64,000 bases of DNA, taken from positions 64,110-128,109 of the forward strand of contig CAVZIW010000002.1 of assembly GCA_963775465.1 (NCBI GenBank). Direction: 5' to 3'. A model generated the notes under the pieces. It was not told where the DNA came from. It saw nothing but the letters and a program-made list of their open reading frames with translations, and did not search any database. Shown here in pieces: positions 29,032 through 39,292 of this stretch; positions within the stretch are counted from its first letter, which is position 1; each line of letters starts with the position of its first letter. A program made the position numbers and the translations under genes. The stretch is from Candidatus Bathyarchaeota archaeon. Its GTDB lineage: Archaea > Thermoproteota > Bathyarchaeia > Bathyarchaeales > Bathycorpusculaceae.

Positions 29032-29139
29032 GCCGGGGTAGCCTAGCCTGGCTAGGGCGCCAGACTCATAATCTGGAGAGTCACAGGGCCAAGCGCCTTA
29101 ACCCAGAAGTCGCGGGCTCGAATCCCGCCCCCGGCACCA
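29032..29139 (+). tRNA. tRNA-Met(CAT), elongator, 30-nt intron at 45/46 (29079-29108), CCA encoded
   Basis: Acceptor GCCGGGG/CCCCGGC, anticodon stem CCAGA/TCTGG with CAT at 29067-29069, T stem GCGGG/CCCGC. Removing the intron restores the variable loop AGGTC. Confidence 0.92.
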
Positions 29140-29159
29140 TTTTTCTAAAACGCTCCTAT

Positions 29160-29906
29160 TCATAAAATAAGGTCTAGTTGACTCGAAACCCAGACGCTGT
29201 CCATTTTTAACAATCTATTCTTTTTAAGATTCTGCTTCATAACCCATGCGATGTTTTTGTCTTTTGTTCTAATCCACTTCTCAAACAACTTCTTGCCTCC
29301 CTCAGGATTAGCGGCAACGGCCACGCTCCAGCAATAAGCTAGTCCTTTTTTGAGTGCTTCGAAATCTTGGCTTCTCCTATTTTCTGACTTAGCAAAAGCT
29401 GTGGTTACCTGGTCGAGTATGTCCAAGGTTGAGGCTGCAACTTTTTCAGAAATCAGTAGCCTTGGTTCACAAAGTGCTGCTATTGCAGCTCTTTTTTCGT
29501 AGAGATTGCCCTTGCTCCACTTCGCTGTTTCTTCAAGGAGGACTTCGATGTCTGCGTCGCCGATCCTCTGAAGTGCCATCGCCACTGCCTCTCTGATTCT
29601 CCAGCGGGAATCCGAAGCGAACCGTCTAAGCCGGCTTAAATACTGCATTTTGCCTTCGTTAATCAAGGTTCCAAGTCCAACTACACCGCAGAAAGTCAAA
29701 AACATCCTTGCAGAGTTAACTGGTGCTTTTTCCTGTTCTATCGAGATGTAGCTTTGGATTTTTTCTTCGTTGCCAAGGTCCGCAAAAGCTTGAGCTAACT
29801 CCAAGTTTCCCCGAGGTCCAGGAAGCCCTGATTCTTTCTGGAGGTAACTATCCCAGTCATCAAGTGATCTTAGTTTCTCAGTGTAATAATCTATTTTGTT
29901 TACCAT
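29160..29906 (-). CDS. HEAT-repeat protein (DNA alkylation repair-like)
   Basis: SGLPGPRGNLEL, ASDSRWRIREAVAMALQ, LAYCWSVAVAA, NLKKNRL. Confidence 0.75.
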   Translation of the reverse strand: MVNKIDYYTEKLRSLDDWDSYLQKESGLPGPRGNLELAQAFADLGNEEKIQSYISIEQEKAPVNSARMFLTFCGVVGLGTLINEGKMQYLSRLRRFASDSRWRIREAVAMALQRIGDADIEVLLEETAKWSKGNLYEKRAAIAALCEPRLLISEKVAASTLDILDQVTTAFAKSENRRSQDFEALKKGLAYCWSVAVAANPEGGKKLFEKWIRTKDKNIAWVMKQNLKKNRLLKMDSVWVSSQLDLIL

Positions 29907-30017
29907 GATCCCTTCGACGAACTATACTATTGAATAATCGTTTTACGATTATAAATTATATGTTTGATCAATTCAGAAAAAGACCGATTATCCTAAGAAC
30001 AAAAACAATCAAAGTTT

Positions 30018-30297
30018 TCAGGATGGGTGCCAAAGTCACTCCAACATGTAGAGCTCAAGGTTGGACCTGCTCTGTCTTAGTAAATCCAATGTTTGTTTAG
30101 GGATTACTATTTTCCCATCTTTGCCCATTTTGTTAAAAAACTCCGAGAATCAGCACACCATACCCCGAGAAGACTTACAGTGAGTTCTAAAATCTGATAA
30201 CTCTCAAGCTTGAATCGCCACCGCACCATCTTTGGAACTTTCACACGCTTACTATCTGCAATCTCGCTTGAAACCTAACTCTCTCAGCTAACGGCAC
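30018..30297 (-). pseudogene. tandem AbrB/SpoVT-like DNA-binding protein, three frameshifts
   Basis: GAGGT SD plus GTG start. Stitched frames give MPLAERVRFQARLQ/SKRVKVPKMVRWRFKLESYQILELTVSLLGVW...FLTK/MGKDGKIVIPKQTLDLL...LE/VTLAP. Confidence 0.6.
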
Positions 30298-30524
30298 ACA
30301 TCGTACCTCACACAACGCAAATTGACTCTTTCTATGACGTTCTGTGACGAATGCAGACGCAACCTGCAAACGCAACAAATCCTAAACCAAAGAAGCAAAC
30401 TAAAAAAGCTTATTACAGAAACAAAAACCCCGTTGTTGTTTTATCAGAGAAAGTAAATTAGAATAAACATTTGATGGCAACAGTTTTTACCTTTATCACC
30501 AAATAACTCTAAGAGCAAAACAAC

Positions 30525-32147
30525 ATGAAAAACGAACCTGCCTGGTTTAGCCACTGGCCTACCGGAGTCCCAAAACACATAACCTACCCAAAGACTCCTC
30601 TGCAAAAAATCCTAACAAAAACCGCTGCAAACTACCCAAAAAAAAACGCCATAACCTACAATGAACGAGAAATCAGCTACTCCCAACTGGAAACACTCTC
30701 AAACAAATTTGCCAACTCAATGATCAAACTAGGAGTGAATAAAGGGGATAGAGTAGCTCTTTTCTTACCCAACATCCCCCAGTTCATTATTTCATATTTT
30801 GGCGCTCTTAAGGCAGGCGCAGTGGTTACAGCCATAAGTCCGCTACATCGAGAACGCGAAGTCGAGTACCAACTAGGAGATTCAGACGCAGAAACAATCG
30901 TAACATTAGATTCAACGTTGCCAATTATCAAAAATGTCAAACACAAAACCCAACTTAGAAACGTAATCACCACAAATCTGCAAGATTACAACCCTCAACC
31001 AGCAACCTCTACGCCAACACTTAACACCCTATCCTTCAAAACCCTAATCGAGGAATCCTCAGAAAAAACCCCAAAAGTACAGCTAAATCCCGCCGAGGAC
31101 TTAGCAGCTCTCCAATACACTGGCGGAACAACAGGAACATCCAAAGGCGCCATGCTCACCCACACAAACCTCCTTTCAAACGCCATAGCCTTCGCAGCTT
31201 GGATAAAAGGCACCCCCACCCAAGAAACATTCCTAACAGCCTTGCCACTATTCCACATATACGGCATGACAACAAGCATGACCGTCCCCATCAGCTTAGC
31301 AGCAACAATAATCTTAATCCCCAAATTCGACCCCCAAAAAATCATGCAAACCATCCAGACCCAAAAGGTCACAGTTTTCTGCGGTGTCCCGACAATGTAC
31401 TCAACCCTAATCGCCAACCCAGAGCTTAAGAAATACGACCTAACCTCCATTCGAGTGTGCATTTCAGGCGCTTCCCCTTTGCCGCCTCAAGTACAAAAGC
31501 AATTCATCGAGGTCACAGGCGGTTTTCTTGCTGAAGGTTATGGATTAACAGAAGCCTCACCCGTTACGCATTGCACCCCTGTCGACAAGTCAATGCGCAC
31601 AGTGAAGGTTGGCTCCATCGGATTGCCCCTACCCGACACAGAAGCTCAAATTATCGATTTAGAAACGGGCAAACCATTAAACGTTAACAAAGTAGGAGAA
31701 CTCGCTGTTAAGGGACCACAAGTAATGAAAGGCTACTGGAACAAACCCAAAGAAACCTCTTTAGTAATGCATGAAGGTTGGCTGCTAACAGGTGACATTG
31801 CACGCATGGATTCAGACGGTTACTTCTACATCACTGACCGCAAAAAAGACCTTATAAAATACAAAGACTACAGCGTTTACCCCCGAGAAATCGAAGACGT
31901 TCTCTACGAACATCATGCCGTAAAACTCTGTGCAGTCATCGGAAAGCCAGACCAATTTGCCGGCGAAGTTCCCAAAGCCTACATCGTCCTCAAAGAAGGA
32001 GCGATTGCATCAGAAAAAGAAATCATGGTGTTCGTAAACGACAAAGTCGCCCCTTACAAAGCAATCCGCGAAATCGAATTCAGACAAGAACTGCCCCTAA
32101 GCGGCGCTGGTAAAGTCCTAAAACGACAACTCAAAGCCAACATTTAA
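30525..32147 (+). CDS. long-chain fatty acid--CoA ligase
   Basis: YTGGTTGTSKG, EGYGLTE, TGDIA, DRKKD, GKVLK. Confidence 0.93.
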   Translation: MKNEPAWFSHWPTGVPKHITYPKTPLQKILTKTAANYPKKNAITYNEREISYSQLETLSNKFANSMIKLGVNKGDRVALFLPNIPQFIISYFGALKAGAVVTAISPLHREREVEYQLGDSDAETIVTLDSTLPIIKNVKHKTQLRNVITTNLQDYNPQPATSTPTLNTLSFKTLIEESSEKTPKVQLNPAEDLAALQYTGGTTGTSKGAMLTHTNLLSNAIAFAAWIKGTPTQETFLTALPLFHIYGMTTSMTVPISLAATIILIPKFDPQKIMQTIQTQKVTVFCGVPTMYSTLIANPELKKYDLTSIRVCISGASPLPPQVQKQFIEVTGGFLAEGYGLTEASPVTHCTPVDKSMRTVKVGSIGLPLPDTEAQIIDLETGKPLNVNKVGELAVKGPQVMKGYWNKPKETSLVMHEGWLLTGDIARMDSDGYFYITDRKKDLIKYKDYSVYPREIEDVLYEHHAVKLCAVIGKPDQFAGEVPKAYIVLKEGAIASEKEIMVFVNDKVAPYKAIREIEFRQELPLSGAGKVLKRQLKANI

Positions 32148-32183
32148 GAAAAGAGTTGTTCTGAACTAAAATTCATCTTTTAA

Positions 32184-32402
32184 TTAGAAACAAGGTTTAA
32201 TTTTGTTTATTAGTTTCAACACTAATTTTTCTCCAAGCCAGCTGAAAAACAACACAACAAAAAAAGGTCCAAGAAATAAAGCAAAGACGTAGTCGTTGTT
32301 AACGGTTGCTGCTTGCCCCAGAATCTCGGGATAGATTAGTATTCCCGCAATAACCAAAACAGCAGTCAAGATGAATGCAACGGCGAAAGTGACCCACTTC
32401 AT
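32184..32402 (-). CDS. small two-TM membrane protein
   Basis: MKWVTFAVAFILTAVLVIAGILIYP...FALFLGPFFVVLFFSWLG; ATG at 32402. Confidence 0.55.
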   Translation of the reverse strand: MKWVTFAVAFILTAVLVIAGILIYPEILGQAATVNNDYVFALFLGPFFVVLFFSWLGEKLVLKLINKIKPCF

Positions 32403-32501
32403 AGCTTCACATGCAAAATTGAAAGGTTTAAGTATTCTTGAAGTTTGTTTCGAAACGTATAAGAGAAAACACCAATTCTCAAATAGAGGAAGGCTCACTG
32501 T

Positions 32502-34784
32502 TTGCGGATAAAACTTAACGTTACAGGAATTGTTCAAGGCGTAGGATTTCGACCATTCATCTATCGCATAGCAGTGCACAATAAATTGACGGGGTTTGTA
32601 CGAAATAGAGGCGATGCAGGCGTTGAAGTGCTACTTGAAGGAGAAGAATCAAACATCAGAAAGTTTACGCAAGACTTAACCTCAAAAAAACCACCCCTAT
32701 CACAAATAGAAAACCTAAACAAAACCGAGCTTTCAGGCAAAAATAAATACAAAAACTTTACCATTTACCAAAGTTCACAAGAAACTGAGCTCTCAGGTTC
32801 CATTATCCCTCCCGACATCGCTATCTGCAACCAATGCCTCAAAGAACTCCGCGACCCCAAAAACCCACGCTACGAATACTTCTTCATCACCTGCACAGAT
32901 TGCGGACCACGCTTCACTATTATCGAACGACTACCCTATGACCGCGAAAACACTACCATGCACGAATTTCCCATATGTGGTTTCTGCCAAAAAGAATACG
33001 TCGACCCTATAAATCGACGCTTCCACGCGCAAACAGTGGCTTGCCCAACTTGCGGTCCCAAAGCATATTTAACAACAAACAAAGGCGAACCCATTGAATC
33101 AAAAGACCCAGTACGTTTAGCTGGAAAACTGCTTTCAGAGGGCAAGATTCTCGCCGTCAAAGGATATGGTGGCTTCCACCTTGCCGCATCCACCATTCTT
33201 GAAGAGCCCCTGTTTAGGCTTCGAAAAACAAAACATAGAACCGAGAAACCCTTTGCCATTATGGCAAAAGACCTAAACTCCGCAAAAACCTTTGCTGAAA
33301 TGAGCTTCAAAGAACAGGAATTGCTTACTTCATCTGCACGCCCAATCGTCTTGCTAAACAAAAACCCACGCTACAACCTTTCCTACCTAGTTGCACCCCA
33401 CCTGCACAATATCGGCGTTATGCTCCCTTACACGGGTCTGCACTACATGCTTTTTGACCAGGTTCCCGACTCATCGTTTGTAATGACCAGCGCCAATCCA
33501 GCAAACCAGCCCATAGTAAAAGACAACAAAGCAGCGCTTGAAATTCTTAGCGAAACTGTAGATTATTTCCTTTTCCACAACCGCAAAATCGCCTACCGAT
33601 GCGACGACTCAGTTATGCGCCTAAATAACGATCGCCCTGTTTTTCTCCGGCGAAGCAGAGGCTACGCTCCCGTCCCCATCAGGTTAAAGCGAAAATCAAC
33701 CCACTTCGTAGTAGGATTGGGCGGCGAATTAAACAACACCTCTTGTCTACTGCTTGATGATAAAGCCTTCATAAGCCAACACATTGGCGACGTCGAAAAT
33801 ATCGAAACACGAAGCTTCCTCCAAGAAGCCACAACACACCTTCAACGCTTAACCAATTGTCACCCTGATTTTGTAGCCTGCGATTTGCACCCAAAATTCA
33901 ACACAACCCATCTAGCTGAAGAGATGGCAGAAGCTGAAGATTTGGATTTAATTAGAGTACAACATCATCATGCACATGCAGCAGCATTGATAGCTGAACA
34001 TGGTCTAGATGAGGTTGTAGCGGTTACTTGTGACGGATACGGATACGGCTCAGATGGCGGGGCATGGGGAGGCGAAATTCTTCACTGCACGTTAGAATCA
34101 GCAGACTTTACGCGGATAGGGCATTTGGAGCCACAACCCCTATTGGGAGGCGACTTAGCAAGCCGTTACCCACTAAGGATAGCAGCTGGCATGCTTCAAA
34201 AAGCAGGATTAAACATCAAAAAATGGCTACTGCAAAACAGCGAACATTTGCCCCACGGCGAAGCCGAAGCCAAACTAATTCTTGAACAACTCAAAAACGG
34301 AAAAAGCAGCATTGAGACAACAAGTTGCGGCAGAGTCTTAGATGCAGTCGCTGCAATCTTAGGGATTTGCCATGAACGAACCTACGAGGGAGAACCAGCC
34401 ATAAAACTAGAGTCCACAGCGCTCTCTGGCACCGACGTTTTACAGCTAAAACCCAGAATTCACGGAACCGTTTTGGATACATCCAACATGCTTGAAGCAA
34501 TTTACAGCAGTCTGGGTAGGGTTTCTACCTCTAATTTAGCTTACAGTGCCCACTCATACTTAGCAAAAGGCCTGGCGGCTCTGGCAATTAAAGGCGCTAA
34601 TAGAAAAAGTATCAAAAATGTGGGGTTTTCGGGTGGCGCCGCATGCAACCAAATCTTTATCCAACTGATGCGCGAAACAGTCGAGGCAGCGGGTTTACAG
34701 TTTTTTGTCCACGAATCTGTGCCAGCAGGGGACGGCGGAGTATCGTTTGGTCAGGCTGTTGTTGCTGCATTTTCAGACTTTTAG
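32502..34784 (+). CDS. hypF: carbamoyltransferase HypF
   Basis: GIVQGVGFRPF, two CxxC...CxxC fingers, RRSRGYAP, QHHHAH, GDGGVSFGQ. Confidence 0.97.
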   Translation: MRIKLNVTGIVQGVGFRPFIYRIAVHNKLTGFVRNRGDAGVEVLLEGEESNIRKFTQDLTSKKPPLSQIENLNKTELSGKNKYKNFTIYQSSQETELSGSIIPPDIAICNQCLKELRDPKNPRYEYFFITCTDCGPRFTIIERLPYDRENTTMHEFPICGFCQKEYVDPINRRFHAQTVACPTCGPKAYLTTNKGEPIESKDPVRLAGKLLSEGKILAVKGYGGFHLAASTILEEPLFRLRKTKHRTEKPFAIMAKDLNSAKTFAEMSFKEQELLTSSARPIVLLNKNPRYNLSYLVAPHLHNIGVMLPYTGLHYMLFDQVPDSSFVMTSANPANQPIVKDNKAALEILSETVDYFLFHNRKIAYRCDDSVMRLNNDRPVFLRRSRGYAPVPIRLKRKSTHFVVGLGGELNNTSCLLLDDKAFISQHIGDVENIETRSFLQEATTHLQRLTNCHPDFVACDLHPKFNTTHLAEEMAEAEDLDLIRVQHHHAHAAALIAEHGLDEVVAVTCDGYGYGSDGGAWGGEILHCTLESADFTRIGHLEPQPLLGGDLASRYPLRIAAGMLQKAGLNIKKWLLQNSEHLPHGEAEAKLILEQLKNGKSSIETTSCGRVLDAVAAILGICHERTYEGEPAIKLESTALSGTDVLQLKPRIHGTVLDTSNMLEAIYSSLGRVSTSNLAYSAHSYLAKGLAALAIKGANRKSIKNVGFSGGAACNQIFIQLMRETVEAAGLQFFVHESVPAGDGGVSFGQAVVAAFSDF

Positions 34785-34834
34785 ACCAATCTGTTTTTAT
34801 CGCCGTTTAACGCGTTATTTTTTTACTGATTGTT

Positions 34835-35056
34835 ATGTGCTTAGCAATTCCCGCTAAAGTTATGGGTTTGGACGGCACCAAAGCCCATGTCGATTTTGGT
34901 CAAGGCGTTTTGCGAGACGTGAACATATCTCTAGTAAATGTCAAAGTTGGTCAATACGTATTGGTTCATGCAGGCTACGCAATCCAAGTTCTGGAAGAAG
35001 AAGAAGCTTTAGAAACTCTCAGCCTTTGGAAAGACGTACTAGCCGCTGGAGAATAA
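34835..35056 (+). CDS. hypC: hydrogenase maturation chaperone HypC
   Basis: MCLAIPAKV, YVLVHAGYA. Confidence 0.97.
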   Translation: MCLAIPAKVMGLDGTKAHVDFGQGVLRDVNISLVNVKVGQYVLVHAGYAIQVLEEEEALETLSLWKDVLAAGE

Positions 35057-35062
35057 GCAAAA

Positions 35063-36151
35063 TTGACGCAAACCCCACGGTTCCGAAACCCTGAACTTGT
35101 CAAAAACATAGCCCACAAAATCAAAGAAGTCGCACCAAAAAAAAGTAAAGTCAAGATGTGCCATGTCTGCGGAACCCACGAATGGACTATAACCCACTTT
35201 GGTTTGCGCAGCCTTCTACCCGAAAATGTAGAAGTTATCGCTGGACCAGGATGCCCTGTCTGCATTGTACCCGCCGCAGAAATAGATGAAGCCGTGCAAC
35301 TAGCAAAAAAAAACATAGTTGTTACATGTTTTGGAGATGTCTTGCGTGTACCAGGCAGCGAATTCTCACTTTTAGAAGCGAAAGCAGAGGGTGCAGACGT
35401 CCGAGTTGTCTACTCAGTTTCAGATGCAGTTGAAATGGCAAAACAAGAACCCAACAAAGAGTTCGTGTTCCATGCAGTCGGCTTTGAAACTACAGCTCCG
35501 ATTACAGCAGTTGAGGCGCTGGGTGATTTGCCTAAAAACTTCAGCTTTTTAGTATCACATCGTCTAATTCCACCTGCTATGGAACTGCTTCTGGGCGTAG
35601 GTGACCTGGAAATTTCTGGATTCATCGCACCTGGACACGTAAGCGCCATAATAGGACTTAAACCCTATGAGCTATTCGCCAGGGTTTATCGGATGCCCAC
35701 AGTAGTGGCTGGCTTTGAACCAGTCGATGTCATGATGAGCATCTACATGATTCTAAAACAAGTGCATGAAAATACAGCTCGCCTGGAGAATGAGTATTCA
35801 CGGGTAGTTAAGCCGGAAGGTAACATTAAGGCACAAGAATTAATGACGCAAGCATTCAAGGTGACTGCAGGCAATTGGCGCGGAATCGGAAGGCTTCCTG
35901 ACTCAGCACTACAGCTTAGACCTGCGCTGACACAGTTTGATGCTCGAGCAAAATTCGATGTACACATAGAGCAGGGAAAAGACATCTTGTTGGGATGCGA
36001 ATGTCACTTAGTCGTCATCGGAAAGATCAAACCAGACGAATGCCCCATGTTCCTAAAGGGTTGCACTCCAGCCAACCCCATAGGCGCATGCATGGTTAGC
36101 AGCGAGGGAACCTGCCGTGTCTGGGCAAAAAATGTCGTCGTCCAAACTTAG
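35063..36151 (+). CDS. hypD: hydrogenase maturation protein HypD
   Basis: CGTH, GPGCPVC, GFETT, PGHVS, CMVSSEGTC. Confidence 0.97.
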   Translation: MTQTPRFRNPELVKNIAHKIKEVAPKKSKVKMCHVCGTHEWTITHFGLRSLLPENVEVIAGPGCPVCIVPAAEIDEAVQLAKKNIVVTCFGDVLRVPGSEFSLLEAKAEGADVRVVYSVSDAVEMAKQEPNKEFVFHAVGFETTAPITAVEALGDLPKNFSFLVSHRLIPPAMELLLGVGDLEISGFIAPGHVSAIIGLKPYELFARVYRMPTVVAGFEPVDVMMSIYMILKQVHENTARLENEYSRVVKPEGNIKAQELMTQAFKVTAGNWRGIGRLPDSALQLRPALTQFDARAKFDVHIEQGKDILLGCECHLVVIGKIKPDECPMFLKGCTPANPIGACMVSSEGTCRVWAKNVVVQT

Positions 36152-37212
36152 CAAATTCTTGGCACAGGATCGCCGACTGGTCTTGCAATTATTCTTTTGC
36201 CGCCAACGGCGGTTTGCATTGCAACGCCTCTGAATTGGGTTGTTGCTTGACCGATTATTTGCGCGTCTTTGCCTTCAGGGGTCTGTTTAAGAAACTTTAG
36301 TAATTCTTCAGCTTTTTCTGATATTACGCCGATTATAAGTTTGCCTTCATTTCCTATTTCCAAGGGGTCTAAGCCGAGCATTTCACACGCAGTTCTTACG
36401 TCATCATGGATTGGGACTTTATCTTCATGAATTAGGATGCCGATTCTTGATTTTTCTGCCCATTCATTAGTCGCATCAGCTAAGCCACCTCTCGTGGGGT
36501 CTTTCATGGCAACAACGCCCCCAACTGCGCCAAGGAAGTTTTGAACCAAACGGTTTAACGGCTTTACGTCAGAGAGAATTTGGCTTCCAAACGTTAAACC
36601 TTGTTGTGCTGAGAGCACTGCCAACCCGTGATCCCCAATGGTGCCTGTTAAAATGATAGCGTCACCTTCAGCAAGATTAGAGTCAAGAGTCCATCGGGCA
36701 TCAAGTTCTCGATATCTCCTGACAACTGCAAGGTTACTTTCAAGAGCTGAGCTGCGTTTGCCGATGCCTGAGATGTTCATGACACATCCGCCCAACGAAC
36801 CCTTTTCAACAACTTTAGTGTCGCCAGTAACGATACCCACGCCTGCTTGTACGCAGGTTTGTTTCATACTTTCTAAAATCCGTTCAAGATCTGACAGAGC
36901 TAGCCCTTCCTCTAAGATCAAACCGCAAGCCAACGCATAAGGCACTGCACCTAGACAAGATATGTCGTTTACTGTTCCAGATATGGCAATGCGTCCTATG
37001 TCGCCACCAGGGAAAAAAATTGGTTTGACAGCGTGGGAATCGCTTTTTAGAACGATGTCGCCGATGACTGCGGCGTCATCCATAGCTTCAAGGGGCACTT
37101 CGGCTAAATTGCCTATACTGCCTAAATACTTTACAACATAGTTTTTGACTAAGTCATGCATAACTGTGCCACCAGCGCCATGCAACATGGTTATTTTAGG
37201 ATTCTTGTCCAT
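36148..37212 (-). CDS. hypE: hydrogenase maturation protein HypE
   Basis: HGAGG, PIFFPGGDIG, GDTKVV, DPTRGG, C-terminal PRIC. Confidence 0.97.
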   Translation of the reverse strand: MDKNPKITMLHGAGGTVMHDLVKNYVVKYLGSIGNLAEVPLEAMDDAAVIGDIVLKSDSHAVKPIFFPGGDIGRIAISGTVNDISCLGAVPYALACGLILEEGLALSDLERILESMKQTCVQAGVGIVTGDTKVVEKGSLGGCVMNISGIGKRSSALESNLAVVRRYRELDARWTLDSNLAEGDAIILTGTIGDHGLAVLSAQQGLTFGSQILSDVKPLNRLVQNFLGAVGGVVAMKDPTRGGLADATNEWAEKSRIGILIHEDKVPIHDDVRTACEMLGLDPLEIGNEGKLIIGVISEKAEELLKFLKQTPEGKDAQIIGQATTQFRGVAMQTAVGGKRIIARPVGDPVPRIC

Positions 37213-37742
37213 AAACTTGAAGCTCCTGTCCTTTTTGCTTTAATAGACTACTTATTGTAAAAAATAAACACATCGCAAGAAACTGTAGAATTATGCCGTT
37301 AGTTTATTGAATTAATTATTTTTAATAACGACATATACGTAATAACACAATGCAAAGGGTTTTTACTCACTTTGAACAACTAAATTCACAAAAACTTCCA
37401 AGCAACCTCTTTTGGATAAATCTATTGGCAAACTACTGTTGCCTACTTAGATAAAACAGTAACTCTACTAAAAGAAATGTGGTTGCATCAAGAATGTATC
37501 ATTTTTGCAAGTCTAAATACATTAATTAGTTCAAACTTTTTTCGTGTTTGACCGTTTCTAAAGGGGTTTTTGGGCAAACTATAAAAGCCTAGACGTAATC
37601 CAAAAACTGTACACACCTCACGCGTTCGAATTGTTCCCTCGCAGGAACCCACATATTCAACTTAGAGTAAAATCTTAGTTCTGATACGGAAAGCCATATA
37701 AATTGCTTTTACGTGTTTGATTGCGCATCGGAGAAATCATAA

Positions 37743-38228
37743 ATGCCAAAATGGGGATACTCGATAATCGAGGAAATGCTTAATCCAGAAAAAACAGCGA
37801 AAGCCAGCGGAAGAGAACTCAAAGTATCCCATAAAGCAGCGCGTGAAGTCTGCAAAGCTGTTAAAGGCATGACTCTCTCACAATCCAAAGAATTCCTACG
37901 TCAAGTTATGGCGAAGAAAAAACCAGTCCCATACACACGTTACACAAAAAAACTCGGACACAAAGGCGGAATGCCCGGCAGATTCGTAGGCAGATACCCA
38001 ATAAAAGCTTCAGAGCACATTCTTCACGTCATCGAAGCAGCTGAAGCCAATGCCGAAAACAAAGGATTAGACGTTGACCGCCTCCGTATATTTCACGCTG
38101 CAGCCTACCAAGGCATCAAATTGAAACGTTATACTCCAAGAGCACACGGTAGAGCCAGCCCAAAATATAACACCACAACACATGTTGAAATAGTGCTCGA
38201 AGAGAAAGCATCCCAAGGAGAACAGTAA
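37743..38228 (+). CDS. rpl22: 50S ribosomal protein uL22
   Basis: VSHKAAREVC, GRYPIKA, PRAHGRASP. Confidence 0.96.
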   Translation: MPKWGYSIIEEMLNPEKTAKASGRELKVSHKAAREVCKAVKGMTLSQSKEFLRQVMAKKKPVPYTRYTKKLGHKGGMPGRFVGRYPIKASEHILHVIEAAEANAENKGLDVDRLRIFHAAAYQGIKLKRYTPRAHGRASPKYNTTTHVEIVLEEKASQGEQ

Positions 38229-38996
38229 ATGAGCATAGTTAAGCGTTTTATTACTGAATCTATCAAACGAACTGAAATAGATGAATTCTTACAGAAAAAA
38301 CTTGAAAGAGCCGGATACGGTGGAGTCAACCTATCCAAAACTCCACTCGGAACACACGTAGTCATATATGCAATGCGTCCCGGTATAGTTATCGGCAGAG
38401 GAGGAGAAACAATCAAAGAACTCGCCTCCGCCCTAGAAAACAACTTCAAAGTTACTAACCCACAAATTTCTGTCTCAGAAATAGAAGTCCCAGAATTCAA
38501 TGCACACGTCGTCGCTAATCGAGTAACCTCAGCTCTTGAACGAGGTGTTCACTTCAGACGCGCAGGTTTCTGGGCGCTAAATCAAGTTATGGAAGCAGGC
38601 GCATTAGGCGCAGAAATAGTTATCAGCGGTAAACTCACTACCGAAAGAGCCAGGTTCGAAAAGTTCCGCGCAGGTAACTTCCCAAGATGCGGTGAACCTG
38701 CACTCAAAGCTTTGAAAACTGCAGAAGCACATGTACAACTAAAACCCGGCATTATTGGCGTTCGCGTAAAACTAATGCCCCCAGATGCATATTTCCCAGA
38801 CAAAGTCACAATTGCCCAGGCTGAACCACCAGTAGAAGAGAAAGCAGTAACCCCCCAAACCCCATCGCCAACAACTCCAGTTCAAGAACCAGCTGATACT
38901 CAAACCCCCCAACCAGAAGCTCCAGCAGAGCCACAACCAGAAGTGCAAACAACAGAAATCAAAGATGAACAAAAACCTGAGGAGGCAAAAAATTAA
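38229..38996 (+). CDS. rps3: 30S ribosomal protein uS3 with Pro/Thr/Glu-rich tail
   Basis: RPGIVIGRGGETIK KH domain, GAEIVISGKL. Confidence 0.96.
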   Translation: MSIVKRFITESIKRTEIDEFLQKKLERAGYGGVNLSKTPLGTHVVIYAMRPGIVIGRGGETIKELASALENNFKVTNPQISVSEIEVPEFNAHVVANRVTSALERGVHFRRAGFWALNQVMEAGALGAEIVISGKLTTERARFEKFRAGNFPRCGEPALKALKTAEAHVQLKPGIIGVRVKLMPPDAYFPDKVTIAQAEPPVEEKAVTPQTPSPTTPVQEPADTQTPQPEAPAEPQPEVQTTEIKDEQKPEEAKN

Positions 38997-39292
38997 TGCC
39001 AATAGTGCGAGTCAAAGACATCGTTTCAATGTCCGCCGAAGACAAAACAAACAAACTCTACGATTTACGCGCAGAACTTGCCCGGATAAGAACCATGATA
39101 AACGCAGGCGGCGCCGTTGAAAACCCAACAAAAGTTAGAGAACTACGCAAAGCCATAGCACAAATTCTCACAGTGCAAAACGAAGAAAAACTCGGTATTC
39201 GAAAAACATCTGAACCTAAAGCAGCAAAGAAGGCCGAAAAACCAAAAGCAACCAAAGCAAAAAAACAACCCAAGGAGAAAACTCCTAAATGA
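38996..39292 (+). CDS. rpl29: 50S ribosomal protein uL29 with Lys-rich tail
   Basis: ENPTKVRELRKAIAQILT. Confidence 0.93.
   Translation: MPIVRVKDIVSMSAEDKTNKLYDLRAELARIRTMINAGGAVENPTKVRELRKAIAQILTVQNEEKLGIRKTSEPKAAKKAEKPKATKAKKQPKEKTPK

Noticed and set aside
30334-30456. 40-aa ORF MTFCDECRRNL... with CxxC
   Set aside because: Only a single CxxC and no clear SD; probably chance.
29110-30524. Provirus or integrative element at tRNA-Met
   Set aside because: No integrase and no duplicated tRNA 3' end were found by eye.
37580-37660. TATA-like box and GTTCC/GGAAC hairpin upstream of rpl22 as an autoregulatory leader
   Set aside because: Only a 5-bp stem, and a closer TATA-like box at ~37696 explains transcription.
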